Positions 32,955-41,310 of a stretch of 64,000 nt of DNA are shown piece by piece. Each line of letters begins with the position of its first letter. Position 1 is the stretch's first letter. This DNA comes from Acidobacteriota bacterium. Lineage in GTDB: Bacteria > Acidobacteriota > Vicinamibacteria > Vicinamibacterales > 2-12-FULL-66-21. A program made the translations under genes and the position numbers. Below the pieces are notes generated by a model, which saw only the letters and a list, made by a program, of their open reading frames with translations, made no database searches and was not told the origin of the DNA. The stretch lies in the NCBI GenBank assembly GCA_016184105.1, contig JACPDI010000027.1, forward strand, positions 52,112 to 116,111, read 5' to 3'.

Positions 32955-34124
32955 TCAGCCGCCCGCCTCGTACTCGCGCAGGTATGCGGCGAGCATCTGG
33001 TCGATGTGAAAGTGGGCTTCGACCCGAAACCGCCCGGCCTCTCCCAGGCGCTGCCCGCGGTCCGGACGCGCGAGGACCGAGGCCAGCGCGCGCGCGATCG
33101 CGCGCGGCGCGCGCGGCGGCACCAGGACGCCGGTTTCGCCGTCGACGATCACTTCGGGAGTGCCGCCGACCCGCGTGGCCACGACGGGCAGCGACGCAGC
33201 CATCGCCTCGAGAATCGTCAGCGACACGCCTTCGTGCACCGACGAGTTCGCGTACGCGTCGAAGGCGGGCAGGATCGCGCGGACGTCGCTCTGGTGGCCG
33301 ACAAACCTGACGCGGCCGCCGACCCCCGCAGCGCGGCACTGCTCCCGCAGCGACTCCAGCTCCGGCCCGTCGCCGGCGATGACGAGCAGGTCGTCCTGGC
33401 CCGCGGCAGGCAGCGCGGCGAATCCCTGGATCAACGTGCCGAGATCTTTGACGGCGTCCAGCCGCGCGACCGTGCCGACGACCGTCGCGTGTTCCGGGAG
33501 CCCGAGCAGGGCGCGGGCGGCGCGCCGCAGCGCGCGAGTCGTCGGCCGCCCGGGATCGATGCCGTTATAGAGGACGCGAACGCGGCGCGGCGCAATCCCC
33601 TCCGCCACCATGTGGTTGCGCAGGTCCTCGGAGACCGCGAAGATGCGCGCCGGCAGCCTCGAGAGGAACGGGTTGATCCACCGCCGCTTCCGGGAGGGGC
33701 CGGCATCCGAGAGCCGGCCGTGCTCGGTGAACACGACGCGGAGGCCGGAACGCAGCATCGCCGCCAGCCTCCCGTACACGAACGGCGAGTAATGATGACA
33801 GTGGAGGACGCTGACGTCGTGGCGCGCGGCGAGCGCCGCGATCCGCCAGCCGAGAGGGCCGTCGAATCCGGGCCGCCGCCCGAGCGCGTAAACGGGCACC
33901 CCGTCCTGCGCGAGCGCCGCGCCCCATCGGCCTCGCGAGTCCAGGCAGCACACGACGGATTCGGCCTCGGCCTCGAGACGGCCGACGAGATCGAGGACGA
34001 GGCGCTCGGTGCCGCCCGGGTCGAGGCTGAGCACGACGTGCATGACACGCACCCTGGCTGCCCGCACGTGCGCGTGCGCAACCGGAACGGCCGCCGCCGA
34101 CCGAGCCAACGCGGCAGACTGCAT
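32955..34124 (-). CDS. glycosyltransferase family 4 (PEP-CTERM/EpsH1-system sugar transferase-like)
   Basis: ORF 32955..34124 (ATGA overlap with the upstream stop). A more typical N-terminus, MHVVLSLDPGGTE, starts at ATG 34043. EGVSLTILEAMAASLPVVAT. Confidence 0.8.
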   Translation of the reverse strand: MQSAALARSAAAVPVAHAHVRAARVRVMHVVLSLDPGGTERLVLDLVGRLEAEAESVVCCLDSRGRWGAALAQDGVPVYALGRRPGFDGPLGWRIAALAARHDVSVLHCHHYSPFVYGRLAAMLRSGLRVVFTEHGRLSDAGPSRKRRWINPFLSRLPARIFAVSEDLRNHMVAEGIAPRRVRVLYNGIDPGRPTTRALRRAARALLGLPEHATVVGTVARLDAVKDLGTLIQGFAALPAAGQDDLLVIAGDGPELESLREQCRAAGVGGRVRFVGHQSDVRAILPAFDAYANSSVHEGVSLTILEAMAASLPVVATRVGGTPEVIVDGETGVLVPPRAPRAIARALASVLARPDRGQRLGEAGRFRVEAHFHIDQMLAAYLREYEAGG

Positions 34125-35539
34125 CAGGCCATCCCGATATTTCTGTGAAGCCGCTCGACCGCGGCAGCCGCACGGCGCCAGCCGAACTCGCGCTGCGCGC
34201 GCTTCCGCGCGGCATCACCCATGCGCGCCCGCAACCGCGGCGCGCCGACGAGGCGCTCCAGCGCCGACGCCAGCTCGCCGACGTCTCTCCCGCCGACCAG
34301 CAGGCCCGTGACCCCGTTCTCGATCGCCTCTGACACGCCGCCGGTGGCGCCGCCGATGGCCGGTTTCCCCGATGCGGCCGCTTCCAGGAAGACGATCCCG
34401 AATCCCTCGAAGTCGATCCCTTCGACGCGGTTGGGCAACAGGAACACGTCGCACGCGGCGAAATACGCCGGAAGCACGGCGTCATCGACCGCGCCGGCAA
34501 ACATCACACGGTCCTCAATCTCGAGCGCCTGCGCCATTTCCCGCAGCGCCACACGCTCGCGCCCGTCCCCGACGACGACGTACTTGATGCGCGGCGAGAC
34601 GTGCTTCAGCGCCGCGACGGCTCGAAGCGCGAGGTCGTGCCCCTTGCGCCGCTGCAGCCTGCCGACCGACAGGACGATGACCTCATCGGGCGCCCCGAGT
34701 GTCGGCCGGAGACCGATGCCCTGGTCCGCGTCGGGATGAAAGCGATCGGCATCCACGCCGGGATGCACGACATGGATGCGTTCGGCGGCGACGCCGAGGC
34801 CCTCGAGCAGCCCAGCCGTGTTGCGGCTGTTGGCGACAATCGCCGCGGCCCCCCGGTGCACGATCCGCATCAGCGCGGTCAGCTCGCGCGACGCGCGCGC
34901 GTACGCCAGCTCCTCGCCGTGGGTCCAGCACACATAGCGGGGACCCCCGAGGCGCGCCGCAAGCCACGCCGCAAGCCCTTCGGGGAGCACGCGCGCACAG
35001 TGGACGACGGGGGCCGCGTGACGGCTCAGCGCGCGGATGCGGGCAGCGACCGTGAGGTGATGCACCAGTGCGGATGGGCGCCGCACACCCCAGTCGCGCG
35101 CGGCGATCCGCCGCCGCAGAATTCTCATCTCCCCGTCGGAAACGTCTTCGACAGCTTGGCCGGCATCGGTCAGCACGTCGACGGGGATGCCGGCCAGGCG
35201 GCCGTACACGTTCTTCAACAGCACCCCGCTGCCGCCGATGGCGGGAGGAAAGAGCTCGCTGACCAGCAGAATCGGCGGCACGCCCGCGGAAGCGACCTGC
35301 CCCGCTGCGTGCCCGTCGGTGTGCCACACGATTTGCTCGACGCGAGACACTCTCCTCCGCGCTCCGGACGCAACCGAGCGGCACAGTAAACGCGGGAACC
35401 CCCGCCTGGGTGGCCGTCTTGCGGTGCGATACCGGGTGCTGCCCGGCATCGCCAATCCCGTGCCACCAGCTTCGGACGGGATTGCTGTCTGCGCTGCGGG
35501 CTCGATCCTTCGAGACGGCGAACTTTTGTCAGCCGTCAT
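34124..35539 (-). CDS. glycosyltransferase family 4
   Basis: ORF 34124..35539. The GT core starts near ILLVSELFPPAIGG, so the true start is probably 150-250 nt downstream of 35539. EGFGIVFLEAAASGKPAIG. Confidence 0.75.
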   Translation of the reverse strand: MTADKSSPSRRIEPAAQTAIPSEAGGTGLAMPGSTRYRTARRPPRRGFPRLLCRSVASGARRRVSRVEQIVWHTDGHAAGQVASAGVPPILLVSELFPPAIGGSGVLLKNVYGRLAGIPVDVLTDAGQAVEDVSDGEMRILRRRIAARDWGVRRPSALVHHLTVAARIRALSRHAAPVVHCARVLPEGLAAWLAARLGGPRYVCWTHGEELAYARASRELTALMRIVHRGAAAIVANSRNTAGLLEGLGVAAERIHVVHPGVDADRFHPDADQGIGLRPTLGAPDEVIVLSVGRLQRRKGHDLALRAVAALKHVSPRIKYVVVGDGRERVALREMAQALEIEDRVMFAGAVDDAVLPAYFAACDVFLLPNRVEGIDFEGFGIVFLEAAASGKPAIGGATGGVSEAIENGVTGLLVGGRDVGELASALERLVGAPRLRARMGDAARKRAQREFGWRRAAAAVERLHRNIGMA

Positions 35540-35569
35540 GGAGACTTCAGGCTTCCTGACGCGCTCCTT

Positions 35570-36292
35570 TCACGACCAGATGCGGTATCGGAGCGCGTAG
35601 GTCGCGATCGCCGCCCATTCGTAGGCCACGTACAGCCGGTCGTACCTTCGCGTCCACCATCTCGCAGGCCGGACCCCCGAGGGAGCCGGCTGGATCCCGA
35701 CGCTGACCGCCGCGCCGCCCAATTCAGACCGGAACACCGCGATGGCGCGCCGCGTGTGATAGGCCGAGGTCACGATGAGAAGCTGCCGGCCGCCGCTCCT
35801 CGCCAGCTCGGACGCCACGGTCCGTGCTTCGTCACGCGTGTTGCGCGCGAGCGCCGGGATGACGTGGATGCGGTCACGCCTGACGCCGTTCTGCACCAGC
35901 CACTCGACGCGTCCGTCCCCTTTCGTCGCCGGCGTCTCGATGGGATGGTTGGGCGTGGTCAGCAGCACCCTGGCGCGCCGGTACCGGAGGGCCATGCGGC
36001 GCGCTTCGGCCAGCCTCGCGCGCTCGTGGCTGGCCAGCACGACGATCGCGTCCGGATCCGACACGGGCACGGTCCGCACGAGCGCAACGCCGGCGTGTCG
36101 GCACGCGGCCACGGCGAGGGGCGCTGCGACGAGCAGCGCGATCCCCGCGATTGTCAGCCTCCGTCGCGCCCTGTGTCGCGCGCCCCGGCGAAAGTAGTCT
36201 GCCGAACGCGAGACATCCTGGTCGCAAAACGGTGACTTCTTCCTGCCTGGGGCTCCGCTCGCATCGCCAACGCGGGTGGCCTCGCTCTGCAT
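35570..36292 (-). CDS. DUF218 (YdcF/ElyC-like) membrane-anchored protein
   Basis: ORF 35570..36379 trimmed to ATG 36292. TM helix LTIAGIALLVAAPLAVAA. Signature LLIVTSAYHTRRA. Confidence 0.7.
   Translation of the reverse strand: MQSEATRVGDASGAPGRKKSPFCDQDVSRSADYFRRGARHRARRRLTIAGIALLVAAPLAVAACRHAGVALVRTVPVSDPDAIVVLASHERARLAEARRMALRYRRARVLLTTPNHPIETPATKGDGRVEWLVQNGVRRDRIHVIPALARNTRDEARTVASELARSGGRQLLIVTSAYHTRRAIAVFRSELGGAAVSVGIQPAPSGVRPARWWTRRYDRLYVAYEWAAIATYALRYRIWS
36197..36232. promoter_or_regulatory. candidate upstream activator site: GTCTGCC-gaacgcg-AGACAT-cctggt-CGCAAAACGG
   Basis: Same 36-nt architecture as 20829..20864. Starts 109 nt upstream of the -24 element at 36306. Lies within the 5' coding part of the divergent DUF218 gene. 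Confidence 0.5.
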
Positions 36293-36305
36293 CGGTCCCT
36301 TCCGG

Positions 36306-36321
36306 TGGCCGCGTCTTTGCT
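36306..36321 (+). promoter_or_regulatory. sigma-54-type -24/-12 promoter candidate for the GT-C operon: TGGCCG-cgtct-TTGCT
   Basis: Reads TGGCCGCGTCTTTGCT. 27 nt upstream of ATG 36348. Confidence 0.6.
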
Positions 36322-36347
36322 CAGACGTCCACCACAACCGCCGCACC

Positions 36348-37784
36348 ATGTCTGGAGAACGCGTCCCCACGCGGAGCAAGTTTCGTGCGCTCGCGGGCCC
36401 GCTCGGCGCGCGGCGGCGGCCAATCGTGGCTGTGCTGCTCGTGGCCGCCGCGCTCCGCGCGCTGCTCCTCGTCGCCAGCGCCGACGCGCAGCCGAAGATC
36501 GTCGACGAGCGCCACTACCTGCGGCTCGCCGGCAACATCGCCGACGGCCACGGGTTCGCGACGGCGCCCGGCCGGCCGACCTCGATGCGGCCCCCGCTTT
36601 TCCCGGCGCTCATCGCCGGGCTCTGGACCGCCACGGGGACCCGCAGCCTGCTCACCGTGCGCACGGCGCAGGCCGTCATCAGCCTGCTCACGGTATGGCT
36701 CGTGTTCCTGCTCGGCCGCGCGCTTGCCGGCGAGCGCGCCGGGCTCATCGCGGCGGCGATCGTCGCCTTCTATCCCTCGCTGCTCTTTTCGAACGTCCTC
36801 GTCCTGACCGAGCCGCTCTTTACGGGCCTGCTCGTCGCCTTCGCGCTCGCGTACGTGCGGTACCTGCGCACCGATCACCTGGCGGTCGCCGCCGGCGCGG
36901 GAGCCCTGCTCGCGTGCGCGGCCCTCACGCGGAGCGTGATGTGGCCGTTTCCGTTGCTCCTCGCGCCCCTGACGCTGATGGCCGGTCCGGGCACGCTCCC
37001 GCGCCGCGCGCAGGCGGCGCTCGTCCTCGTGCTGGCCTGCGGCGTTGTCATCGCACCGTGGGCGCTGCGCAACACGCGGCTCCAGGGCGTGTTCACGGTC
37101 GTCGACACGATGGGCGGCATGAACCTGCGGATGGGCAACTACGAGCACACGCCCGAGGATCGGATGTGGAGCGCCGTCGCGATCCGGGGCGAGCAGAACT
37201 GGTCCTACGAGCTGAAGCGGCTCTACCCGGACGGCATCAAGTGGACCGACGGCCAGAAGGAGAAGTGGGCCGCGCGGCGGGCGCTCGCGTACATGTGGGC
37301 GAATCCCGGCCTGACGCTGCGGCGATCGGCGATCAAGTTTGCGGACTTCTGGGGTCTCGAGCGGGACTACCTGGGGGGCGTCAGGCAGGGGCTGTATCGC
37401 CCGTCACGCGGGGCGGCGTTCGCGATCGCCGCCGTGACGACAGGCGCGTACATCGCGCTGACCATTCTTGCGGTCCTCGCGGTGTTCCTCGTGCCGCCTG
37501 ACGACCGGCGCGGGCACGCGGTGCTGCTCGGCATCATGGCGTTCATCTGCGCCGTACACACGGTGGTCTTCGGCCATCCGCGCTATCACCTCCCGCTGGT
37601 GCCGCTGCTCGCCGTCTACGCCGCAACGGCGATCGACCGCCGCGCGTGGCGCGGGGCGCGGGCACGCGTTCCGGCGCTGCTCGCGCCGGCCGCCGCCGTG
37701 TGCCTCCTGCTGTTCATCTGGACGCGCCAGGTGGTGACGACGGATGCCGCGAGGATTCGCGAGCTGATGGACAAGGTGGGCTGA
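36348..37784 (+). CDS. GT-C fold membrane glycosyltransferase (ArnT/PMT-like, family 39/83-like)
   Basis: ORF 36276..37784 trimmed to ATG 36348. DERHYLRLAGNIADGHGF..RPPLFPALIAGLW, then 10 or more TM helices and a periplasmic loop at about residues 270-340. Confidence 0.8.
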   Translation: MSGERVPTRSKFRALAGPLGARRRPIVAVLLVAAALRALLLVASADAQPKIVDERHYLRLAGNIADGHGFATAPGRPTSMRPPLFPALIAGLWTATGTRSLLTVRTAQAVISLLTVWLVFLLGRALAGERAGLIAAAIVAFYPSLLFSNVLVLTEPLFTGLLVAFALAYVRYLRTDHLAVAAGAGALLACAALTRSVMWPFPLLLAPLTLMAGPGTLPRRAQAALVLVLACGVVIAPWALRNTRLQGVFTVVDTMGGMNLRMGNYEHTPEDRMWSAVAIRGEQNWSYELKRLYPDGIKWTDGQKEKWAARRALAYMWANPGLTLRRSAIKFADFWGLERDYLGGVRQGLYRPSRGAAFAIAAVTTGAYIALTILAVLAVFLVPPDDRRGHAVLLGIMAFICAVHTVVFGHPRYHLPLVPLLAVYAATAIDRRAWRGARARVPALLAPAAAVCLLLFIWTRQVVTTDAARIRELMDKVG

Positions 37785-37785
37785 C

Positions 37786-38484
37786 GTGCTGCCGCTGCCG
37801 GATCGCATCCGTGCGGTCGTCTTCGACGTGGACGGCACGCTGTACCGGCAGCCGCCGCTTCGCGCGTGCATGGCGGGCGAGCTGGCGGCTGCGGCGCTGC
37901 GCTCGCCGCGGGGGGCGGCGCGCACCGCGCGCGTGCTCGCGGAGTTCCGGCGCGTCCGGGAAGAACTGCGGGGGATCGAGCCGGCCGGCGAATCGCTCGA
38001 GGCCGTGTCGTTCGGGATCGCCGGTGACCGGCTGGGCGTGCCGCCCGCGGAGGTCGCACGGCTCGTCGAGGAATGGGTGCAGCGCCGGCCGCTGAAGTAC
38101 CTGCGCGCCTGCCGGCGTCCCGGCCTGCCCCGGCTCCTCGCCACGGCGGCGGCCCGGCGCGTCGCGCTCGGCGTGCTGTCGGACTACCCGGCCGCCGCAA
38201 AGCTGCACGCGCTGGCGCTGCCCGACGTCTTCTCGGTGGTGTTGTGCACGACCGACCCCGATATCAACGCGTTCAAGCCGCACCCGCGCGGATTCCTCCG
38301 CGCGTGCGAGCGGCTGGGCATTCCTCCGGAGGAGGTTCTCTATGTCGGCGATCGACCGGAAACTGATGCGGCAGGCGCCAACGCCGCTGGAATATCCTGC
38401 GTCCTCGTCGGGCGCCGGCGCCGCGGACCGGAGGCTCACGGCCGCCGGCTCGCCTCGATCGGTCGTCATCTCGCCCGCTGTTGA
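37786..38484 (+). CDS. HAD-superfamily hydrolase (phosphatase)
   Basis: ORF 37786..38484 (GTG). Motif I VVFDVDGTLY, motif II GVLSDYP, motif III/IV KPHP..YVGDRPETD. Confidence 0.8.
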   Translation: MLPLPDRIRAVVFDVDGTLYRQPPLRACMAGELAAAALRSPRGAARTARVLAEFRRVREELRGIEPAGESLEAVSFGIAGDRLGVPPAEVARLVEEWVQRRPLKYLRACRRPGLPRLLATAAARRVALGVLSDYPAAAKLHALALPDVFSVVLCTTDPDINAFKPHPRGFLRACERLGIPPEEVLYVGDRPETDAAGANAAGISCVLVGRRRRGPEAHGRRLASIGRHLARC

Positions 38485-39457
38485 GACCTGGAGCCTCTGG
38501 CCGTACATCCAGCTCGCGCGGGTCGATCACTGGTTCAAGAGCGTCTTCATGGTGCTCGGCGTCGTGCTCGCGCTCTTCTACGAGCCCGCGCTGTTCGCGC
38601 CGGCGGCGATCGTCCCGCTCGCGATCGCCGTGTTCGCCACGTGCATCGTGGCGTCGAGCAATTACGTGCTCAACGAGATGCTCGACGCGGCGACCGACCG
38701 CGCGCACCCGACCAAACGGCTGCGCCCCGCCGCCGCGGGCCTGGTGCGCCCGTCGATCGCCTACGCGGAATGGCTGCTCGTCGGCGCCGCAGGGCTCGCC
38801 ATCGCGAGCGCGGTGAACCCGATGTTCGCCGCCTCGGCGTCCGCGCTGTGGATCATGGGCGTGCTGTACAACGTGCCGCCGATCCGCATGAAGGAATGGC
38901 CCTATGTCGACGTTTTGTCCGAATCGGTCAACAACGCGCTCCGCCTCCTGCTTGGGTGGTTCGCGCTGATCCCGGACCGCGTGCCGCCCGTCTCGCTCGT
39001 GATCGCGTACTGGATGGTGGGCGCGTTCTTCATGGCCACCAAGCGGCTCGCCGAATATCGCTATATCGGCAACCCGGCCGTCGCGGCGGCCTACCGCCGG
39101 TCGTTCCGCCACTACACCGAGGAACGGCTCATCGTCAGCATCGTGTTCTACGCGACGACCTGCGCGCTGTTTTCCGGCATCTTCATCGTCCGCTACCACC
39201 TCGAGCTGATCCTGTTCGTGCCGGCGGCGGCGGGCGTGCTCGCCTACTATCTCCGGATCGGGCTGCAGCCGGACAGCCCCATCCAGAATCCCGAAAAACT
39301 CTACAAGGAGAGAAAGTTCTTCGCCTACATCACCACCACGTTCGTGCTCTTCGTCCTCCTGATGTTCACCCGCGTGCCGGCGTTGTACGACTGGTTCAAC
39401 GTCGAGCCGTCGCGCGCCGATCCTTTGTGGACGGTCGGCGCCGCTTCCCCGCGCTGA
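38342..39457 (+). CDS. UbiA-family prenyltransferase, decaprenyl-phosphate phosphoribosyltransferase-like
   Basis: ORF 38342..39457. First Asp-rich motif NYVLNEMLDAATDRAHPTKRLRP, closely resembling NDxxDxxxDxxHPxKxxRP of DPPR synthases. The only in-frame starts are 38342 and 38366, giving a 119-143 nt overlap with the HAD gene. Confidence 0.8.
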   Translation: MSAIDRKLMRQAPTPLEYPASSSGAGAADRRLTAAGSPRSVVISPAVETWSLWPYIQLARVDHWFKSVFMVLGVVLALFYEPALFAPAAIVPLAIAVFATCIVASSNYVLNEMLDAATDRAHPTKRLRPAAAGLVRPSIAYAEWLLVGAAGLAIASAVNPMFAASASALWIMGVLYNVPPIRMKEWPYVDVLSESVNNALRLLLGWFALIPDRVPPVSLVIAYWMVGAFFMATKRLAEYRYIGNPAVAAAYRRSFRHYTEERLIVSIVFYATTCALFSGIFIVRYHLELILFVPAAAGVLAYYLRIGLQPDSPIQNPEKLYKERKFFAYITTTFVLFVLLMFTRVPALYDWFNVEPSRADPLWTVGAASPR

Positions 39458-39483
39458 CCGCGGGCATTCGAGGGTGATCCAAC

Positions 39484-41310
39484 GTGCCTGGGCTCTGTGG
39501 AGTCTCCGGTCCGGCGCCCGCGACAGCGGCGGTGTTCGACCGGCTCGTTCGGGAGCTGGCCGTGGGGAGCCGCGTGCGTGTCGAGTCGCTTGCGGCGCCC
39601 GACGGCGGTTGGGCGATCGGCCGCGCGCACCTGGGAGTGCTCAACCCGCACGCGCAGCTTGACGCGGCCGACGCCGTACACGTGCTGTTCCACGGCGACC
39701 TGCACAGCGTCGCGGAACTCTGCGCGCTCGCGGGAGACGAGACTCGCGACGCCGGACGGCGGATCGCCGAACTGTACGCGCGCCACGGCGACGAGTTTCC
39801 GAGGCACCTGAAGGGGCAGTTCGCGCTCGCCGTGCTGGACCAGGCACGCGGCCGGCTGATCCTCGTCAGCGATGCGGTCGGATCGTACCCGCTGTACTAC
39901 TGCCGCCGCGCCGACGGCACCTTCGCGTTCGGTCCGGCTGTGGCTCCGGTGGTCCGGGCGCTCGCGTTGAAGACGAGCGTGGACATCGAGGCGGTGTCCT
40001 CGTATCTCGCGTTCGGCTTTCCGTTCGGCGCCCGCACGCTTCACGAGGATGTCCGCCTCGTCCCCGCAGCCGCGGTCGTTTCGTGCGACCTGCGGACGGG
40101 AACCGTTGGGGAGCTGACGTACGCGCAGGCAGCCGACTACTTCAGCGGCCCGCGCGGGAGACGCGAGGACTACGTCCATGAGGTAGTCGAGACGTTCCGG
40201 CACGCGGTCCGCCGGAGCGTGGAGGGTGACTGCCGGATTGGGCTCTCGTTGTCGGGCGGCCTCGACAGCCGGGCCATTCTGAGCGCGGTCGACGGGCAGG
40301 CACCGCGGCTGACCACGTGCACCGTGGGTGTCGAGGGATGCGCCGATCAGGCGATCGCCGCGCAACTGGCCACGTCCGCGGGAACGCGCCACCGGTTCCT
40401 GCCGCTCGGCCAGGAGTACCTCTCCGCCTTTCTTCCGCAGCTGCGGCGGATGGTGGCGCTCACCGACGGCATGTACCTCAGCCACGGCCTCACGGAGATG
40501 CTCGCGCTCGGCTTCTTCGAGAGGGCGGACTTCGCCGTGCTGCTGCGCGGGCACGGCGGTGAGCTGCTGAAGTCGCGTCTCGCCTGGCCGTTCCACACCG
40601 ACGCGCACACGGGCCAGATGTCGCCTCGTGAGTTCGTGCCGTATCTGCTTCAGCGCACGGACTACGTCCGGCGCGATCTTCCGATCGCATCGCTCTTCGC
40701 CGAGCCACACCGTGCCCGGGCGGCCGCGGCTCCGGCCGCCACGCTCGAACGGGCGCTGGACGGCGTGAATCTGTCGGCGGACGACCTCTGCACGTACGTG
40801 TACTTGCGGGAGCACCATCGGCGCTTCACGGTTGCGTCGCTCGAGCTGTTCCGGCACGCGGTCGATGTGAGGCTGCCGTTTGTGGACGAGGACGTGCTCG
40901 CGGCCGTCTTCCGCGGACCATCCGAGTGGCGTCGTGACACCGGCCTGCACCGGGCGGTGATCGCGGCGTGCGCGCCGCAGATGCTTCGCGTGCGCAACGC
41001 CAACACCGGCGCGCCGGCCGGGGCCGGCCCGCTCGTCGAGGCGCTGTTCGACAAGATGAACACCGCGCTGCGGCGCCTGCACGTTCCCGGGTTCCGGCAC
41101 TACCACGCATTCGACGTGTGGATGAAGCGCATGCTCCTCGACTCGGTCGAGCAGGTCCTGCTCTCGCCCCGATGCCAGGATCGCGGCCTGTGGGACGCCG
41201 GGACCGTCCGGGCTGCCGTGGACCGCACCCGTGGCGGGATTGTGGATTACGGCTATCTGCTGCAAGTGATGCTGAACGTCGAGCTGTGGCTCGAGGAGTG
41301 TGACTCATGA
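39484..41310 (+). CDS. asparagine synthase-family protein lacking a position-2 Cys
   Basis: ORF 39484..41310 (GTG). N-terminus MPGLCGV rather than MCG. PP-loop LSLSGGLDSRAIL. Confidence 0.8.
   Translation: MPGLCGVSGPAPATAAVFDRLVRELAVGSRVRVESLAAPDGGWAIGRAHLGVLNPHAQLDAADAVHVLFHGDLHSVAELCALAGDETRDAGRRIAELYARHGDEFPRHLKGQFALAVLDQARGRLILVSDAVGSYPLYYCRRADGTFAFGPAVAPVVRALALKTSVDIEAVSSYLAFGFPFGARTLHEDVRLVPAAAVVSCDLRTGTVGELTYAQAADYFSGPRGRREDYVHEVVETFRHAVRRSVEGDCRIGLSLSGGLDSRAILSAVDGQAPRLTTCTVGVEGCADQAIAAQLATSAGTRHRFLPLGQEYLSAFLPQLRRMVALTDGMYLSHGLTEMLALGFFERADFAVLLRGHGGELLKSRLAWPFHTDAHTGQMSPREFVPYLLQRTDYVRRDLPIASLFAEPHRARAAAAPAATLERALDGVNLSADDLCTYVYLREHHRRFTVASLELFRHAVDVRLPFVDEDVLAAVFRGPSEWRRDTGLHRAVIAACAPQMLRVRNANTGAPAGAGPLVEALFDKMNTALRRLHVPGFRHYHAFDVWMKRMLLDSVEQVLLSPRCQDRGLWDAGTVRAAVDRTRGGIVDYGYLLQVMLNVELWLEECDS

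Noticed and set aside
36267-36283. TGGCCT-cgct-CTGCA near the GT-C promoter
   Set aside because: The spacer is one nucleotide too short for a sigma-54 promoter. The adjacent 36306..36321 element fits perfectly.
39325-41265. 646-aa minus-strand ORF
   Set aside because: It is antisense to the AsnB-like gene, which has a PP-loop and a conserved fold. It is Arg-rich with no motifs.
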